Positions 48,370-61,989 of a stretch of 64,000 nt of DNA are shown here, in pieces. The position numbers and the translations under genes were made by a program. This DNA is from Octopus sinensis (Eukaryota): NCBI RefSeq assembly GCF_006345805.1, contig NC_043018.1, positions 12,524,001-12,588,000 of the forward strand, in the 5' to 3' direction. Numbering within the stretch: position 1 is the first letter of the stretch; the number at the start of each line of letters is the position of its first letter. The notes beneath the pieces were generated by a model. That model saw only the letters and a list, made by a program, of their open reading frames with translations, searched no databases and had not been told where the DNA came from.

Positions 48370-49210
48370 ATCCCAATGCAACTGTCACTTTATTCCTTCT
48401 TGAAACGTTTTGGCTTTTTTACATCCTTCCACAATTCTTGCGTTTGAGGACTTAATGCAATTTTTGTGTTTGATCTCCGATAGCTATCTTTGTCAATAAT
48501 AGGCTGTTCCACTTCTATGAGTCTGATGTTGGTGTCATGCCTAGCCTGGGGACTTGATATGGTCGCACTGTCACTGTTCGACATCTTTGCAGACTCAGCA
48601 TGAACCATTGTGCCAGGTGTTGTGCTCAATTCTAGTTCTGGTTCCAGTGTGTTCAACAGGGCCAGTTGCTCAACTGCCACTAACTGCAGTGGATGACCCC
48701 CTCCCCCTAATCCACGGAGTATTCTTTCCGGCATGTATCACATATTTTGCCTTGGATGCAACCTTGTCAAATGTGGGTTTTTTTGTGTATCACATTCTTC
48801 TCACTTATTTCAAAGAATGGGTTTACAGCAACTCTCAATGGTCTTTTCTTTAACTTTTTGGCTGGTGATAATTTACAATCCAAGGCATTCCGATGGTTGA
48901 ACAGAATTTTGTTCAAGTAGTTGCTGAAATTCCGTCTTTGAATCAAAATGTTTCAGTGCAGCTTTCGCAATTTGTACGGCCCTTTCAGCAGTGCTGTTAG
49001 ATGCTGGGCCGTAAGCAGGCATCTCGATCTTTCTGCAACCTATTGATGGCAACATATTCCTCAAAGCAACAGTTTCAGGCCCGTTGTCCAATACTAAAGC
49101 TGTGGTCACTCCAAAATGAGCAAAGACCAGCAGCTTGCTTTTTACCACTTCAGTCAAATGATTAGGACACGTGAATGCCTCGATCCATGTTGAATAGGCA
49201 TCTACTAAGG
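48370..49210 (-). mobile_element. Ty3/Gypsy integrase relic
   Basis: 'VDAYSTWIEA...FAHFGV..LVLDNGP...PAYGPASNSTAERAVQIAKAALK'. Confidence 0.8.
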
Positions 49211-49217
49211 GTACTAA

Positions 49218-49445
49218 GGCAGCGAGCTGGCAGAACCGTTAGCACACCAGGCGAAATGCTTAGCGGTATATCACCCATCGCTAAGTTCTGAGTTCAAATT
49301 CCGCCAAGGTCAACTTTGCCTTTCATCCTTTCAGGGTCGATAAATTAAGTACCAGTTACACACTGGAGTCGATGTAATTAACTTAATCCATTTGTCTATC
49401 CTTGTTTGTCCCCTTTATGTTTAACCCCTTGTGGGTAATAAAGAA
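49218..49445 (+). mobile_element. tRNA-derived SINE, third family (also ~44180-44550, 53495-53710, 26010-26210 -, 29125-29330 -)
   Basis: 'ggcagcgagctggcagaa..gttagc...gagttcaaattccgcc..ggtcaactttgcctttcatcctttc.gggtcgataaa.taagtaccag'. Confidence 0.8.
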
Positions 49446-49454
49446 ACTGGTATG

Positions 49455-51140
49455 AAGACTGGGAAAGCCCCTGGCCCATCAGGAATCACTACTGAGATGC
49501 TTAAAATATCTGGCGGTGTAGGCTATAGTCTAGTCACTCATATAATCAACCAGGTAATACAATGAGTCATACCCAATGACTGGTGTAGCAGTACCTTAGT
49601 CAACTGCTACAAAAGTAAAGGTGATGTATTAGATAGGAAGAATTACAGAGGTATCAAATTGTTGGATCTGGTGATGAAAGTCATGGAGAGGGTCATAGCC
49701 CAACTAATTAGGGAGAGATTTAGTTTAAACGAGATGCAGTTTGGGTTTGTGCCAGGGAGAAGCACCACTGATGCTATATTTCTGGTAAGGCAGCTGCAGG
49801 AGAAATTCCTAGCCAAAGATAAACCTCTTTACTTGGCCTTCATTGACTTAGAGAAAGCCTTTGACAGGGTTCCCTATTCCCTTATCTGGTGGTCAATGCG
49901 GAAACTCGGAATAGATGAGTGGTTGGTGACAGCTGTTCAAACCATGTACAGGGATGCTGTCAGTAAGGTGAGGGTTGGCAACAAGTATAGTGAAGAATTC
50001 CCTGTAGAAGTAGTGGTTCACAAAGGATCAGTCCACAGCCCCATCTTATTCATTATAGTCCTCCAGGCAATAACAGAGGAATTCAAGACAGGCTGCCCCC
50101 TGGGAGCTCCTCTATGTTGATGACTTTGCTCTAATAACTGAGTCACTACGAGAACTAGAGAAGTTGCAGGTGTGAAAGCAAGGCCTAGAATCGAAGGGCC
50201 TTAGAGTTTATTTAGCAAAAACCAAAGTCTTAGTTAGTAGGAAGGCAGACAAATCACAAACCCCTCCAGGTAGTTGGTCTGGCTTAATCTGTAGAAAAGG
50301 TGTAGGTAGAAACACTATACAGTGTACCTGGTGTAAGTTATAGACACATAAGAGTTGCAGCAATACCAAAGGAAGGTTAACTGGGAAGATAGTTTTTGTG
50401 TGTGGCAGATGCACAAGGTCAATAAACACCAAAGATGTACAAAAAACAGATTCCATCACATACCAGGGCTTGAAAGAAATGAAGCCAGCATTCTCCGCTG
50501 GATGTGTAATGCCAGTGTGTATATACAACAGTGTATAAGCCCCTGAGAGAAATGTTGGACACAGAAAGCATCAGATGTGGTGTGCAAGAGAGAAGACTGT
50601 GCTGGTATGATCATGTGTTGTGTATGGATGAGGACAGCTGTGTAAAGGAGTATCACACCCTAACAGTGGAAGAAACCTCTGAAAGAGGTAGACCCAGGAA
50701 GACATGGGGTGAGGTGGTGAAACACGACCTTTGAACGTTGGGCCTCACAGAGGCAATGGCAAGCGACCGAGACCTTAGGAGATATTCTGTGATTGAAAAG
50801 ACCCAACAAGTCAGTTGAGAACGTAACTGTAGCCAATGCCAGTGTCGCATAACTGGCCCATTTAAAAGTACCCTTCACTCATCGGGCAATATGCTTTGTA
50901 TGAGAAGACCTGTTGAGTCAAGCCTGATTGGCACTCATGCCAGTGGCATGTAAGAAGCACTATTCGAGCATGGTCGGTGCTGGTGCTGCCTGACTCGCCC
51001 TTGTGCCAGTGACAGATTAAAAGCACCCACTACACTCTTGGAGTAGTTGGCATTAGGAAGGGCATCTAGCTGTAGAAACCTTGCCAGGTCAGATTGGAGC
51101 CTGGTGCAGCCTCCTGGCTTGCCAGTCCTCAGTCAAACCA
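49455..51140 (+). mobile_element. RTE-clade LINE, RT domain plus 3' UTR, degenerate
   Basis: 'QFGFVPGRSTTDAIFLVRQLQEK..FIDLEKAFDRV', 'ELLYVDD', 'RGRPRKTW'; frameshifts and stops. Confidence 0.9.
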
Positions 51141-51574
51141 GCTTACAGCCATAGTAGTAGTAGTAGTAGCAGTAGCGGCGCCGCTGCATTTGGCTCAGTG
51201 GTTAGAGTGTTGGGCTCACAATCATGAGGTGGTGAGCTCAATTCCTGGACTGGGCTGTGTTTTGTGTTCTTGAGCAAGACACTTTATTTCACTTTGCTTC
51301 AGTTCACTCCCTGTAGAATTGAGTTGCGATGTCATTGGTGCCAAGCTGTATCAGCCTTTGCCTTTCCCTTGGTGTGGAGAGGCGAGGCTGGTTGTTCCAT
51401 AAACAACTTTGCCCGGATTTGTGTCAAGGAGGGTAACTTTCCTGGTGCAGTCCCCTGGTCACTTTTGATTGAAGGGGGTCTTGACCCTTTTTTTTTTTAT
51501 GATGAAGAAAGGATTAGTTTTATTTTTTTGCAGAATTCTGATTTTTCATGTTTTAATGTTTCTTTATTCTTCAG

Positions 51575-51757
51575 AGGGTTCTTCAACATCAAGAGGAATC
51601 AGCTCTTCTCAAAACATACATTGCTGAGTGGGGCAAGTTCTTTACTCAGTGTGGTTATTTACCAAAGCCTTTCTGTCAGCTGGAAGCTTCTCTAGCTGGA
51701 AAAGCTCACAATACGATGCCAAAGAAAACCCAAGCAGATGAAAGTATTGTTCGTAAG
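51575..51757 (+). CDS. CUL5: CUL5 exon 4: RVLQHQEESALLKTYIAEWGKFFTQC...DESIVRK
   Basis: Homology; AG/GT; 183 nt. Confidence 0.95.
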
Positions 51758-52142
51758 GTAAGAACTCTTTCTTGGTTCCTTAATGTTTATGGAATATCAG
51801 AAGAACTAAAGTGCTATGCATCATATGATTGCCAACTCTAGAAGTGTAACTTTGCTGCCATGAGTAATATCAGGAAATATGGTTTGTCTCTTATCAATTC
51901 TTTTATCTGTTTCAGTCATTAGACTGCAGCCATGGTGGGCACCATCTTGAAGAACTTGTAGTCAAAGCAATCTACCCTAGTACCTATTTTTTCTTTTTTT
52001 AAGCCTGGTACTTATTCTATTTGTCTCATTTTGCTGAACCGCTAAGTTATGGAGACGTAAAACAAACCGATACTGGTTGTCAAGCAGTGGTGGGGTACAA
52101 ACACGGACACAAAAGATACACACATGTATATATAAATATATA

Positions 52143-52979
52143 CAGGGTGGATGGAAAGTAATTAGGCATCAGAAATTGCTTATAGAATTTTTAGTATCAC
52201 TGAAGTCATGGCGAAAACCTTTTTTAAACAGACAACATTAATGGGATTTCTTATTTCCGCAGTGGCTGGTCGTTTGACTGTCCAGGAGCCAGCTCAGATA
52301 GCAGCACGCTATGAAATGTGGAATTCCATTGTTTTGGTTCACAAATGGTGGCATGCATGGAAAGGTAAGCATGCAACACTATGTCTGGAGACAATAAGAA
52401 GTTTGTCATGCAAAGTTGATGACCACTGGCTCTGTGAAGAGGCCATTCAACTACATCCTGGTCAGCGGAGAATGTGGCAGCAGTGCAAGAAATGTTTAAT
52501 CGCAGCCCGTGAAAATCAACCCATCAAGCAGCTCGTGAAAGTGGACAAACAAGACACACAATACGTAGGGTGTTGCATAAAGAATTGAATTTTCGTCCGT
52601 GGAAGCCCCATTACGTGCAGGAGCTAAAACCTGAAGACTGTGACCTCAGAAGTCCAGATCTCACTCCATGTGATTTTTACCTGTGGGATTACACAAAACA
52701 GGTGTATAAGACAAAACCTTGCAAACTGGAGGACTTGGAGACACAGATTCAGGAGGTTCTCAACGATATCCCTGGCGACGTCCCTCAGAAGGTTGTTCAT
52801 TCCATCCGTTGCTGTTTGAGGAAACTGGTTGATGCCACCGGTGCTTACATTAAAATATGAAGATTTACTTTCATTTCCCATGTAATAAAGGACATCTATA
52901 ATTTGTTTCAATAGATTTGTAAAAGGAATATGGATTTTATTACTAATTTTTAATGCCTACTTACTTTTCACCCACCCTG
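52143..52979 (+). mobile_element. Internally deleted Tc1/mariner-superfamily element with both TIRs and TA TSD, nested in a SINE
   Basis: TIRs CAGGGTGGATGGAAAGTAATTAGGCAT / ATGCCTACTTACTTTTCACCCACCCTG; 'RSPDLTPCDFYLW'; SINE halves at ~51900-52130 and ~53000-53160. Confidence 0.85.
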
Positions 52980-54302
52980 TATACATATGTATATATATAT
53001 GATGGGCATCTTTCAGTTTCTGTCTTCCGAATCCACTCATAAGGATTTAGTCAGCCTGAGGCTATAGTAGAAGACACTTGCCCTAGTTGCCATGCAGTGG
53101 AACTGAACTTGGAATGATGTAGTTGAGAGGGAAGCCTCTTATCACACACCCATGCCTGCATCTAAACATAGAATAACTTTAATTTAACAAATTCAACAAA
53201 TTTCTTTGCGCTTATTTTCAAAAGGGAAATATTTAATACTTTAATACAAATTTTGAAAACAGAAATATTACTTTAAATAATACAATTTTTTTCATTTGTG
53301 TGACTCCTCCCATATCTATTTATTCCCTCTCCTCCTCCTCCTCCTCTACTGCCGCTATGATTCATTCTCTTCACTCATCCTACATCTCTTTTGTTAACTT
53401 TCTAAATATCTCTTCTCTTACTCTCTCTCTCTCTCTATGATATAAAGTATGACTAGAGAAGTCGCCCAACCAACCAATATTCACAATGCCAGTCAAGGCA
53501 GTCAGCTGGCAGAATCATTAGCTTGCTGGGTAAAATGATTAACATTTTATACATTTTTATGTTTTGAGTTCAAATTCTGCCATGGCCAACTTTTGCCCTT
53601 CATCCTTTCAGGGTCAATGAAATAAGTACCAGTTGAGCACTGGGGTCAGTGTAATCAAGTTACCCCATGCCCTGAAATTGCTGACCTTGTGTCAAAATTT
53701 GAAACCATTATTTATATTGCTTATAAATGTAAAGGATTATTTGTAGAGAATTGGATAAGTGCCAAGATATTCAAATTTCAGAATTTATTCTACCATCCAT
53801 AGCATTTGAAACTGTATACTAACTTTCCGAAAACTTGATTTATCAGTGATGAATTTTAATAACTATAGTGTTCAACTATGCGCTTTCAGTATATCATGGT
53901 CAAAGAGATATAAGTGAAAAAGTGTGTGTGTGTGTGAAAGAATTGGAGTGAGATGCACAGAGAGAGAGAGAGAGATTAAAGAAAACTGAAGGCGAAAGAC
54001 GCAAAGAGCTTTCTGTATCATAATCGAACATTTCTGTACATCACAGTAAGACTCCTACTTCTTATGACTGTTATCACTCTTTCGTCTTTTTATATATCTT
54101 GCACATTAAATGTGGTGTGTGTGTGTCTGTGAGTACTTCACTTTCTTTTGGCAGTTTCAATTCCTTAAACTCATTTCTTGTAGTCTTCATTGTGAGTAGC
54201 ATCATTGTCATCATAAAGTGAGAAAACTTCAATATTGCTTTATTGTATCTGCTGACAAAGATTTTGAGATTTCATCAGCAATATTGTTTTTTCTGGTTAC
54301 AG

Positions 54303-54444
54303 ATGATGCTGGATACCTGGAATCAAAGTATATTCAACAATATCAAGCATCGCTTGCAAGACAGTGCCATGAAGCTGGTTCACTCAGAACGTAATGGAGA
54401 AGCCTTCAATTCTCAGCTCGTTATTGGAGTCCGTGAGTCCTATG
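54303..54444 (+). CDS. CUL5: CUL5 exon 5: MMLDTWNQSIF...QLVIGVRESY
   Basis: Homology; AG/GT; 142 nt. Confidence 0.96.
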
Positions 54445-56418
54445 GTGAGTAATTTTCCTTTTCAAATTTTGTTTGAATACTTCCTGAATACGAATGTTTG
54501 GTTTATTTGATAAAGTTTCTATGTTTAATAAAACAACTCGGCAAAAAAGTTTTAATGTTTAATACAGGAGACACATAAATAATCATGTCCAATTTTTATC
54601 AACTGATGTGCTGGCTCAACCTGCTAGAAATGGCAACCAAATCTTTGTCAAATCATAAGCCCACCCCCTGCTATCTCCTCACAAAATGGAAGAACACATT
54701 AGATACTTTCACCATTAGCATCTTCTAATGTCTTTGTATCTTGCTGGCATAGGTTTGACCAGATCTGACATGTCTAAAGACTGCATTGTGCCCCGGTATC
54801 CGCTTTGGCATCGTTTCTCTCACTGGATGCACTTCTTAATGATGACCCCTTTACAATATATATATATATATATTGGGTGCTTTTCTCATGACACCAGCAC
54901 TGGTGAGATCACCATTCAGCTTACAAGAATGAAATATCCTTGAGCTGAATGGCGGGGCTGCAGTAGAGAGGAAGGTGGCTTGATGCTATGGAGTGGGGGA
55001 GGTTTAAAGTGAGAGAGAGGAGAGGAGAACAATTCCTTTCATGTAGGGGAGCTACATGAAAAATAAACCAGGTTGGCTGAAACACATTTGGTCATAGTTC
55101 ACCCTAGGCTCACCATAGGGTCAACCCTTTAGCATTTAAACTGGCCATATCCAGCCCTAATATTCAACTTGCTTTATGTTCAAACCAGCCAGATCCAGCC
55201 CATCACACCTACCCTGCAATGTCATTCTAAAAATAACAATCACATCATGAACATTTTGAAGCTACAAGATAATACATGATTAATTCAAAACTACGTGAAT
55301 AAATAAACATTCCATTTGATAGAATCTGAATGCTAAAGGGTTAAAGAAGAAGAACAACAACAACAACTGACGAGAATATTGTGGTGGTGGTGGAGGAATT
55401 TTCACTGGCATCCATCAATATGACCACAATTGTGACACAGCTTTCGTTCAAGTGGCCAAAGCCTCCCCCACGGGGCAAGTGAGGATCTAAACTCAGTAAT
55501 TAAGGAATACTAATAAAATATCAGTTAATTGTATTGTTTCCTAATCCCTAGCTAATTACGGAAGGGAAGCTGTAACTACCCATAATACCTATCAACAGAA
55601 AGATGTCTGAGGGAGCAAGAGTTAACCCTTTAGTTAGCATATTTCAATTAAAACACACTGCTTACCATCCCATTTTGCATTCTCACACTCTCATTCTCTT
55701 CCACTTTCTTGTTCTTGATTGCTCTCTCTCTCTCCCCATCTCTCCCATACTCTTGCTCTCTCTTCCTCTAACTAGGTAATCATGTGTCTCCTCTACAGTA
55801 AGACACTTGTTTCTACCCCTTTGTCACATTCTACTCTCTCATCTCCTGGCACATGGCTACCTCCTCTAAGCCCCCCTCCCCCCGCTTCTCAGGACCTTTG
55901 TCTTGTGAGTTACTTGGTGACACCACCAGTGTTGGTGCCACATAATAAGCATCCAGTCCACATTGTAAAGTGGATGACATTTGGAAGAACATCAAGCTGT
56001 AACAGCCATGCCAAAATCGACCTTGCTGGTGCTGTGTAAAAAGCCCTCACTCCACTTTGTAAGGCGGTTGGTGTAAGGGCATGCAGCAGTAAAAACCATC
56101 CAACCCATGCCAACATGGAGAACAGACGTTAAATGATGATGATGATAAAGCTGGTATCTGGAATATAAATTAACAAATTTTGAAGGAAGGTTTTAATTCA
56201 TGAAATTTCTCTGAATGAATTAGAAGCAGTCTTGAGTGCCTGGGTGTGTTGGTATCAAAAAGGTTCATTCTATAGATATAGCCATTGCAAACCCACTTTT
56301 TTTTTTTTTTGGCTGTAGCATCACCATCACCATCATCCCTGTCTTCAATCTTTCATTTCTATGTTTTTACCTGATTAGCACAAATTAAGTTTTCCTTTCT
56401 ATTCTTCTTTTTCTTCAG

Positions 56419-56645
56419 TGAACCTTTGTTCTGATGCCGAAGACAAATTGAAAATATATCACGAAAATTTTGAGAAGGCTTATTTGGAAGCCACTGAATC
56501 ATTTTACCGAGTGAAGGCACCCCAGTACTTGCAGGCCAATGGAGTACAGAATTATATGAGATTCGCTGATGCCAAGCTCAAAGAAGAAGAATGCCGAGCC
56601 AAACGTTACCTAGAAACCGGCTGGTGTTGTCCATCAGTGTCAGCA
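56419..56645 (+). CDS. CUL5: CUL5 exon 6: (V)NLCSDAEDKL...RYLETGWCCPSVSA
   Basis: Homology; AG/GT; 227 nt. Confidence 0.95.
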
Positions 56646-57767
56646 GTGAGTACACAGCTACCTACATTCTGTAAATTACAGTCACCTGGCTGCAGCCATG
56701 CTGTAGCACTACTTTTAAAAGGTTTCACTTGATTATATCGATCAAACCCTGTTGTTCTGTTAAGCATTTCATGAATCTCACTTGATAATAAAATACAGAT
56801 GCTGAGTAATCTGAGCTGATTACTCAGACATAAATACTGCCTGGCATTGTTGTTCAAATGCTCTGCATTGATATAAACAAACAAATCTGTTTGGTTAAGA
56901 AGTTTGCTTTGCAGCCATGTTCTTTTAGATTCAGTCCCATTCTGTGGCACTGTTGGGCTAGTGTCTTCTGTAACAGCCCCAGGCCAACCAAAACCTTGTG
57001 TGTGAATTTGGTTGACAGAAACTATACAGGGCTTATTGTATGTCTGTGTGTATAACATTTTAAAGTCCACTTTTCCATGTTTGCATTGGTTGGAGGGAAT
57101 TTTGTTGAGAGAGATTTTCTATGGCCTAATGCCCTTCATGTCTCCAATCCCCATCAGTGTCCATGCAAGATAATACAGGGTTGGATAAAATAATGGAAAC
57201 ACCTTAAAATTTCGTCATGGTGCTGTTTTTCTCACAGACAGTGCCCAACTGACCCTACTATACTGTGTAGTCGACAAAATCAAAAACAAACAATGCACAT
57301 GCTTGAAATTAAAAATATAAAATGTTGACAATTTACCCATCGCACCCAGTATGTACACACACACATGCACACTATGGGTTTCTTTCAGTTTCCATCTGCT
57401 AAATCCATCCACAAGGCTTTAGATCAACCTGAGGCTATAGCAGAAGACACTTGCCCAAAGTGCATACACAGTGGGACTGAACCTAGAACCCTGTGGTTGG
57501 AAAGCAAACTTCTTACTACACAGCTATATCTGCATCTGTGTGTGTGTGTGAGTGCAACAAATAATCTGAAGAGTTCAATAGTGTTTACAACAGAAAGAAG
57601 AATTCACCAGTGTATTATTAGCTAACAGTGTTGAGCTGTCATTGTCTTTCTTCTAGGAATACCCACTGGACACCTGTACAAAATATTAAACATACATCCA
57701 CACACACACCCTTACAAATACAGCTGCCATTTTATTCTCATAACTCATCTTGTTTTTCTTTTCCCAG

Positions 57768-57861
57768 TTGATTGACTGCTGTGTTGAGGTATTGGTAACA
57801 GCATTTAAGGACACCATTCTCAATGAGTGTGCTGGTATGATCAAAGCCAATGAAACAGAGA
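57768..57861 (+). CDS. CUL5: CUL5 exon 7: LIDCCVEVLVTAFKDTILNECAGMIKANETE
   Basis: Homology; AG/GT; 94 nt. Confidence 0.95.
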
Positions 57862-58671
57862 GTAAGTTTACCGTTTCCTTCTAACATCACGATCCAGTAG
57901 TTCTAAGACCATTGCTAACCTGTTCATGTTATACCATCATCATCATCATCGTTTAACGTCTGCCTTCCATGCTAGCATGGGTTGGACGATTTTGACTGAA
58001 GGCTGGCGAACCAGACGGCCACACCAGTCTCCAATATTGATCTGGCAGAGTTTTTACAGCTGGATGCCCTTCCTAATGCCAACCACTCCGAGAGTGTAGT
58101 GGGTGCTTTTTACATGCCACCGGCACGGGGGCCTGTCAGGCAACAACCTCACTCGAATCTTTTTACACATGCCACCGGCACAAGTGCCAGTAAGGCGATG
58201 CTGGTAACGATCACGCTCAAATGGTGCCCTTTTATGTGCCACTGGCATGGAAGCCGGTTAGCCGCTCTGTCAACGATCACCCTCATATACATTACAGTAT
58301 ATTGCATTTATATTTATATATTTATATTTCATGCACCTCACCATCCTATCATTCTATCATCATCATCATCATCATCAACAACGACTTCCATTTTTCCATG
58401 ATCGCTTTGGTTGGATGGAGTTTATTCTACGACCAGATGCCTCTCCTGTCAACAAAGCTCACCTGTTTCCCAAGCAAGGTGATATTTTCCCATGGCCAGA
58501 CATGTTTTCGCAAAATATCAGAAATGAATGACACTGCTCATCTAACAGTGACACTCATTTACAACTGCCATGGAATGTCAAGACAGGGAGACGTATACAT
58601 ACACACACACTCACAACCACATACAAGCAAACACACACACGTATACATACATGTGTTTGTGTGTATGTATG

Positions 58672-58709
<38 letters not shown>

Positions 58710-59031
58710 GCTTCTTTTAGTTTACCTCAAGAAAAAATCCACCCACAAGGCTTTTAGTCAACCTGAGGCTATAGCAGAAAAGGGCACTTCCTCAAGGTGC
58801 CATGCAGTAGGACTGAACTCAGAACCATGTGATTAGGAAGCAAACTTCTTACCACATGCCCACATTTATCTTTTCTCTTTTACTTCTTTCAGTCATTGGA
58901 CTGCAGCCATACTAGATCTCTGCCTTGAAGGGTTTTTAGTTGAATGGATCATCACCATCCTTCTTTCCATTTTATAAAATGTCAAATTTTCATTCTGTCT
59001 CCTAATGCTGAACATAAATTTTCTCCTTCAG

Positions 59032-59162
59032 AATTGCGTTTGATGTTCAGCCTGATGGACAGGGTTGTGGATGGAATCGCTCCCATGTTACATGATCTTG
59101 AAGCTCATATAGTCAGCCAAGGTTTAGCAGATATGATGTCGGCTGCCAGAACCATCACCACT
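59032..59162 (+). CDS. CUL5: CUL5 exon 8: (K)LRLMFSLMDR...GLADMMSAARTITT
   Basis: Homology; AG/GT; 131 nt. Confidence 0.95.
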
Positions 59163-59614
59163 GTAAGTACATTTCTGTTTCTCACTTCTGTATTGAACAA
59201 CTTTGGTGTGTGGTCTATTGGTTAAAATGTTGGCCTCAATTGAAAAGTTGAGGGTTCAGTTCCTGGACTGGCCTTGCATTGGATCTTAAGCAAGGAATGT
59301 CATTTCACCTTGCTTTAGTTTACTAAGCTGAAACCCAGTACCAACTGATTGTTGGAGAGAGTGGAAGGGCCTAGAGGTTGTCAGTGTCTGCTCACAACTT
59401 AACAGATACCTAAAACAAGGTCATACTTGCTTGTGTGGAATGCTATTTTGGGTTCAACTTTGTCATGGTCATCATTTTAACTTCCACTTTCCCATGCTTA
59501 CATGTGTTGGATAGATTTTGTTGAGGTGGTCATTTTCTATGACCAGATACCCTTCCTATTGCCAACCTTCACCTGTTTTCAATCTATGTTAATATTTCCT
59601 CATTGTCAAGCATT

Positions 59615-60570
59615 AGGGGATGACACTCCAGCTTTATCGACATTGTAAAAGTGGGCAGCTGAAGTTTGGAGGGGGACAGGAAGTCTTGAAAGATGACCCA
59701 CCCAATGTCTGAATGTTCTGCAGCTACCACTGCCAAGGAAAACATTGATCATGTTCACCTCACAGTGATGCATGACAGGTGGTTGACTATAATTCAAATA
59801 GTCAATGCTATTAGAATTATCCTGTGAGAGAGTTGAGAATATTCTACACAATGAACTTGGCATGACATCTGATTAAAAGCGCACCAGGTTGATCACACCA
59901 CAGGAAAATCTGACCTTGAGGTAGATCCAGCTGGTTTCCTTGGATGGTTCTTAACCTAGGATGAGTGTGGGGTTCATCACTTTGAGTCAAAGACAAAGCG
60001 ACAACCCATGCAGTGGAAAAACCCTTCCTTACTGACTCCCCCCCCCAAAAAAACTGAGGTCATTTCGTCTGCAGGGAAGGTGATGGCTTTAGTTTTTTGG
60101 GATGCAAGAAGCATTGTATTTATTAATTATCTTCAGAAAGTCCACACCATCAATGGAGTGCTCTATGCCAACTTACTATCGAGACCAAAAACCCAGGACA
60201 ACTAACAAAAGGGGTCTTGTTTCATCAGTTAAATGCTCCAGCACACAAGTCTTTTGTTTCGATGGCTGCCGTGTGTCTGTGACTTTGAACTCATTGATCG
60301 CCCTCCCCATTCTCCTATTTTGGCTCCATCTGTTTCTCAGCATGAAAAACCACTTAACTGGCAACCAGTATTGCAGTGAGGATGACGTCATGTCTGTTGT
60401 TGATGACTTTTTTGACCAACAGGATGAAAGCAGCTTCTTCACCAATGGGATCCAAATACTGCGACACTGATGGAAGTGTGTAGACTGCAATTGGGAGGAG
60501 AAAGGGCTGTGAGAAAATAAACCTCATTTGGTTGCATTTCATGATAATATCTTGGTCAGCCAAAGGATTA
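59615..60570 (+). mobile_element. Mariner-like transposon relic
   Basis: 'MQWKNPS..PPKK..SAGKVMALVFWDARSIVFINYLQK.HTING..YANLL' and 'FFTNGIQILRH.WK'. Confidence 0.85.
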
Positions 60571-60671
60571 TATACAAATTTTATGATTTTATTGTATGTC
60601 TTTATATGTGTTTATTATATTTTGTATTCTGAACAATGTGCATTTTCATTAAAAAAAATTTTTTTTTATAG

Positions 60672-60779
60672 GATTCTGAGAAATATGTTGAACAACTTTT
60701 GGAACTTTTCAACCGATTTAGTAAATTAGTCAAAGATGCCTTTCTAGATGATCCCCGTTTTCTTACTTCTCGAGACAAA
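60672..60779 (+). CDS. CUL5: CUL5 exon 9: DSEKYVEQLLELFNRFSKLVKDAFLDDPRFLTSRDK
   Basis: Homology; AG/GT; 108 nt. Confidence 0.96.
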
Positions 60780-60970
60780 GTAAGTTTGCTACTTGCCAAT
60801 ACATTTAATTTAATATTCTCTTGTATGGACTTTGTTGAAGGGCAATGATGCTCTTATCAACAGTTCCGTATCAGATGAATAATGAGGTCCTTTAAAGTTG
60901 TTTTCCTTGAGCCTAAATGTGAAACCATTATATTCTCTTAGTAATATTCTTTTTTTTTTTTGTGTTTTAG

Positions 60971-61035
60971 GCCTATAAAAGTGTTGTTAATGATATATCT
61001 GTGTTTAAACTAGAATTACCAAGTAAATCAAAGGG
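60971..61035 (+). CDS. CUL5: CUL5 exon 10: AYKSVVNDISVFKLELPSKSK(G)
   Basis: Homology; AG/GT; 65 nt. Confidence 0.95.
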
Positions 61036-61312
61036 GTAAGTTTTTTTTTTCTTTTTACTTCATAAATTCAAAATTTTCATTGTCTTTTTGTGTGTGTAAG
61101 CTAAACAACTAGTCTCAAAGTGAAGATCTAAATTTCAATTGGAAATTAGCGATTTTCTTTTAGTAAACCAAAAATTTTGATTGAAATTTTACCTTTGGCT
61201 AAGAGATAGTTACATTAGGTTATCAATTCTAGGTAAGAACTCTTAATATAAATTTATTAAAAGTAGAATGTGTGGTGTGGGTTTGATCTAGTCCATATTT
61301 TCCTCATTGCAG

Positions 61313-61445
61313 AATGAATGTGAAGACACAGCCCGAGTCACGCTGTCCAGAACTGCTTGCTAATTACTGTGATATGTTGCTCAGGAAAACATCTCTGAGT
61401 AAGAAACTTACTCCAGAGGAAGTGGAAAAGAAATTAAAAGATGTT
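61313..61445 (+). CDS. CUL5: CUL5 exon 11: MNVKTQPESRCPELLANYCDMLLRK...KLKDV
   Basis: Homology; AG/GT; 133 nt. Confidence 0.96.
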
Positions 61446-61989
61446 GTAAGTAGAACAAGCTTCAATTAATAATTTTATATTTTAAAAAATTTTCTTGTGA
61501 TGTGATATATCAATGGTTCTCAGCTAGGGTTCATATGAGTCCTTGGAGTCCATAATAGTATTTTATGGGGTCATGAAAAGTTTTGATTCAAATGTATGTG
61601 TTGCAAGAAACGGCTAGGTTTGTTTCTCTCTAACATTTTACACAGTTCAACCTTCACGAGTGACTGAATGAATAAGAAAATAGGAATTTTGAAAGAAGTA
61701 TCTATAAAATTCCCTTTTAAATATTGAATGACTATGTGGGAGTCCACCAGAATAAAATTGTAATCAAAGGGGTCCATAGATGAAAAATGGTTTTGAGAAC
61801 CACTGATTTATGTCATGGATGTAATTTTGCATCATCACTGTTGTTTTAATGTTCACTTTTCCATGCTTGCATGGGTCAGACAGACTTTGTTCAGGCAAAT
61901 CTTCTAAAGCAGGATGTATTTTTCTGTCGCCAGCCTTCACTTTTTATATGAATGTGTGTGTTATTTAATAAATGCAATATATATTTTTA

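Noticed and set aside
44590-49210. One Gypsy element spanning CUL5 exons 2-3
   Set aside because: On the - strand the integrase piece lies upstream of the gag piece (wrong order) and there is no LTR pair; treated as independent relics.
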